Assembly (NCBI GenBank): GCA_041946735.1
Contig: JBHGAY010000013.1
Coordinates: 68,140-132,139, forward strand
DNA length: 64,000 nucleotides
DNA from: Candidatus Eiseniibacteriota bacterium
GTDB taxonomy: Bacteria > Eisenbacteria > RBG-16-71-46 > CAIMUX01 > VGJL01
Direction: 5' to 3'
Below are positions 60,949-64,000 of this stretch, piece after piece; the stretch's first letter is position 1, and each line of letters begins with the position of its first letter. The notes under the pieces were generated by a model. That model saw only the letters and a program-made list of their open reading frames with translations. It did no database searches and was not told the DNA's origin. Position numbers and translations under genes: made by a program.

Positions 60949-62592
60949 TCACGGCAGCTTCACGAGCGGGACCGACCCGCCCGCGTATCCGATGATGTAG
61001 ACGCCGGGGGGGCACACCCTCCCGTGCGCGTCGCGGCCATCCCACACGAATCCTGCGGCGTCGTCGAGAGAACCCGAGCGGTCCGCCGCGTCGAGCGAGC
61101 GGATGCGGCGGCCGGCGACGTCGAAGAGGACCGCGCGGACGCCGGCGGGGGCGCTCCGGTCCCCGCCCGCGTCTCGGAGGACGATCCGCACCGGCTGGCC
61201 GGCGGCCGACGGGTTGGGGATCGCCGCGAGAGCGCGCCGTGTCGCGGGCGGCGCAATGGCTGGATCGCGATCGTCCACCGCGGACGTCGCGGCCCACGGC
61301 GCAAAGAGGACGTGATCGCCGACCTCGTCCCCCAGCCCGCCGGGATTGGCGGTCGGATGGTAGGGACCGCTCGCATGGCCCCAATAGCTGTTGCGCGCGT
61401 CGATGTCCATCTGCGTCTCGAAGGCGGACACCGCGAGACCGTTGCCGACGAACTCCCCCTCGACCGCGGAAAGACGCCCGCCCATCACGAAGAGACCGCC
61501 CGCCCACTCCGTCGCTTCGTTCCGCAGGACGGAGCAGCCGAGGAGCGTCCCGTTCGTGTCGCGCAGAAGGCCGGCTCCTCCCATGCCATCGCAGCGGTTC
61601 TCGACGACGCGGCAGTCCTCGAGCGCGAAGGCGGAGGCGATCGCGCGAATCCCTCCCCCTTCGAGCGCCGCGACGTTGTCATGAATCTCGCAATCGATCA
61701 GCTTCGCCGCCTCGGCGCAATCCATCGCGAGCGCCCCGCCGAGTGACGCCGTGTTCTCCTCGAACGAGCAGTTCTCGATGCGGGCGGTCCCAAAGGTCAC
61801 GGAGGCTCCTCCGCCCGATTCGGCGGTGTTCCCGCGCAAGACGCATCCGGTCATCGAGGGAGTTCCCGATCCGTCGAAGGCGACGCCTCCGCCGATGATC
61901 GTCGCCCGGTTGCCCTCGAAGACGCAGTTCTCGATCCTGGGGTCGCTTTCCGAATAGAAGAAGCAGACGGCTCCGCCCTGGATGCCGGAGGTGTTCCCGC
62001 GGAACACGCAGTTGCGGAGGACCGGCCGTCCGCTCGCGACATAGAAAGCCCCGCCATGATTGTCCGCCCGGTTCTCGATGAAGATGACCTCCTCGAATCG
62101 AGGAGAGGCTGCCACGCAGCGGACCCCGCCGCCGGAGCAGTACGGTCAGGTGCCCTCCGCAGCTCCGTGCTGGATCGTCAAGCGGCGGATCATCGCGGTC
62201 GAGTCGATCAGGCCGGCCACCTCGAGCACGGAGAGCGTGTCGCGGCCGTCCAGGATCGTCTGCTCCGCCGCGCCGGGTTCCCCTTCGAGCACGAGCCCCT
62301 GCTTGACGGGCCAGATCAGGTTCTCGTAGTAGACGCCCGGAGCGACCCGGATCGTGTCGCGCGCATTGGCCGCGACGAACGCGGAAGCGATCGTCGGCTG
62401 CTCGCTCGGGACGTGGATGACATGCGCGGCGGCGATCCCAGCCGCGCCGGGGAGCGCAGGAAGCGCCGCGAGGATCGGAAGGATCGCGAGGATCGGAAGG
62501 ATCCCGAGGACGGGCAGGAACTGGACCCTCGTGAGGGACGAGAAGCGCGGGGCGATGGCCGCACGCTCCTGCGGGCGGGATTCGATCGACAA
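60949..62592 (-). CDS. Secreted parallel beta-helix/FlgD protein with in-frame TGA at 62146-62148 (candidate selenoprotein, U-P-Y-C)
   Basis: ORF-track pieces 62146..62736 and 60949..62115 share a frame and are separated by one TGA. TTG start after AAGGAG, signal peptide, beta-helix repeats, FlgD tail. Confidence 0.82.
62116..62132 (-). promoter_or_regulatory. Candidate bacterial SECIS hairpin
   Basis: GCGGCGG-GGT-CCGCTGC with the loop 21-23 nt after the TGA. Confidence 0.7.
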
Positions 62593-62794
62593 CGGCTCTC
62601 TCCTTGGTTTGTGTGGGCTCTCGCGTGCGTCGGGTCGCAGGGACATTCGTCGCGCCGGCCGTCCATCCGCGGTGCGGTCCGCCGGCCAGACAGGTCCGCA
62701 GCCGGAGACGATCGGAGCGCCGGAACGAGGATACACCGGCCGCGCGGCGGAGAGAAGACGCTCGTTCGCGTGCGAAAGGCGGGAGACGGAGGTC

Positions 62795-64000
62795 TTAGGG
62801 AAGCTTCACCACTGTGCCGGACCGCGCCGCCAGCCGGACGACGTAGACACCGGGAGCGCAGGGGTTGCCCGCCGCGTCGCGGCCGTCCCAGCGCAGGATC
62901 CCGTCGGGCGAGGCGGCAAGCACGCGCACGCGCCGGCCGGCGACGTCGAACACGGCGCCGCCACCCGCGTCGCAGGCGCGCCCGAGAACGATGCGAACCG
63001 GATCGCCGGCCTTCGAGGGGTTGGGGAGGATCGCAAGCGCGCCGGAGCGCGGCGCCGGGCCGGCAGGCGCCCCCGGATCATCCGCCGCATCCGAAGACGC
63101 CTCCCAGGGATCGAAGAGGACGCGGTCGCTCACCTCGTCGCCCAGCCCGTCCGGGTTGGCGATCGGATGGAACGGCCCCGTCGCGTCGCCCCAGAAGTTC
63201 GCGCGCGCGTCGACGTCGAACTCCGGCTCGACCGCCGAGAGCGCGAGACCGTTGGCGATGAACTCCCCCTCGACCGCCGCGAAACGTCCGTGCAGGAGGA
63301 GGAAGCCGCCCGCCCATTGCGCCGCGACATTGCGCAGGACCGATGATCGGAGCAGCGTGCCGGAAGAATCCCGGAAGTACCCCGCGCCGCCCGTCCCCTC
63401 GGTCGTGTTCTCGACGATCCGGCAGTCTTCCGCTGCGAAGACGGAGGACGAGCCATGCAGCGCTCCGCCTTCCGATGCGGCGCGGTTGTGCAGGAACTCG
63501 CACGCCACGAGCTTCACCCCTTCCCCGCTCTGGAGGTCGATCGCTCCCCCGTAGGTTGCGCCATTGGACTCGAACCGGCAGCCGGTGATGCGCGCCATAC
63601 CGGCCGAAACCGAGACGGCGCCGCCCGCATCGCCGAAGTTGGCGCGAAGGGTGCAGCCGGTCATCGACGGCGTGCCATGCCCCTCGAAGGCGACCGCGCC
63701 CCCCATTCCGATCGCTGCGTTGTCCTCGAAGAGACATTCCTCGACGCGAGGACCGGCGTGCGTGTCGAAGAGGCTCGCGCCGCCTCCGCTGCTCGCCCGG
63801 TTCCGCCGGAAGACGCATCGATGGAGGATCGGCGCGGCGCCGGCCTCGGCGTAGAAGCCGCCTCCGTTGTTCTCGGCGTCGTTGTCCACGAAGATCACTT
63901 CCTCGAAACGGGGAGAGGAGCCGAGGCAGCGGACCCCGCCGCCCGAGCACCACGGTCACATGCCTTCGGCGTGCCCGTGCTGGAGGGTCAAGCGCCGGAT
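62795..64000 (-). CDS. Paralogous beta-helix/FlgD protein with in-frame TGA at 63956-63958 (candidate selenoprotein, U-P-W-C); 5' end outside the window
   Basis: Manual translation IRRLTLQHGHAEGM*PWCSGGGVRCLGSSPRFEEVIF continues in frame into ORF 62795..63898. Confidence 0.82.
63924..63944 (-). promoter_or_regulatory. Candidate bacterial SECIS hairpin
   Basis: GGGCGGCGG-GGT-CCGCTGCCT at the same spacing from the TGA as in the paralog. Confidence 0.72.

Noticed and set aside
62465..62515. 18-bp repeat encoding ILPILA in the signal peptide
   Set aside because: Simple in-frame slippage expansion of a hydrophobic region.
60949..62736. Two separate genes or a simple pseudogene, as the ORF track suggests
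   Set aside because: The same stop occurs at the same codon in a diverged paralog, with no other lesions, a UxxC context and a conserved hairpin. This reading is disfavoured, though not formally excluded.
60949..64000. Genome-wide UGA reassignment (genetic code 4 or 25) as the cause of the in-frame TGAs
   Set aside because: icd, pepA, dxs and the class IV aminotransferase end in TGA at their expected C-termini, so UGA is a normal stop here.

Overview
High-GC bacterial chromosomal window. Many secreted proteins carry FlgD-like C-terminal domains and there is a WD40/Omp85 fusion, which suggests an FCB-superphylum lineage such as Ca. Eisenbacteria or Latescibacterota (inference only). Core segments are 1-27.8 kb and 48.7-64 kb. 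The first holds an envelope gene cluster, rnpB, tRNA-Val and tRNA-Ile2, rpsU-mutS2-dnaG-rpoD, acyl-CoA dehydrogenases, icd, an S8 protease, nrnA and a LeuA-family synthase. The second holds def, ETF-QO, trxB, pepA, dxs and secreted proteins. Between them is an accessory region (about 27.8-48.6 kb) with a sigma54 activator and hydrolase operon, two paralogous TPR Ser/Thr kinases, an ECF sigma factor, secreted proteins, a 42-bp-period palindrome array and a GH20 remnant. The main finding is that two tandem secreted beta-helix/FlgD paralogs (60.9-64 kb) each have an in-frame TGA at the same position. In both, the TGA opens a U-P-(Y/W)-C motif and is followed by a conserved SECIS-like hairpin, making them a candidate undescribed family of exported selenoproteins.
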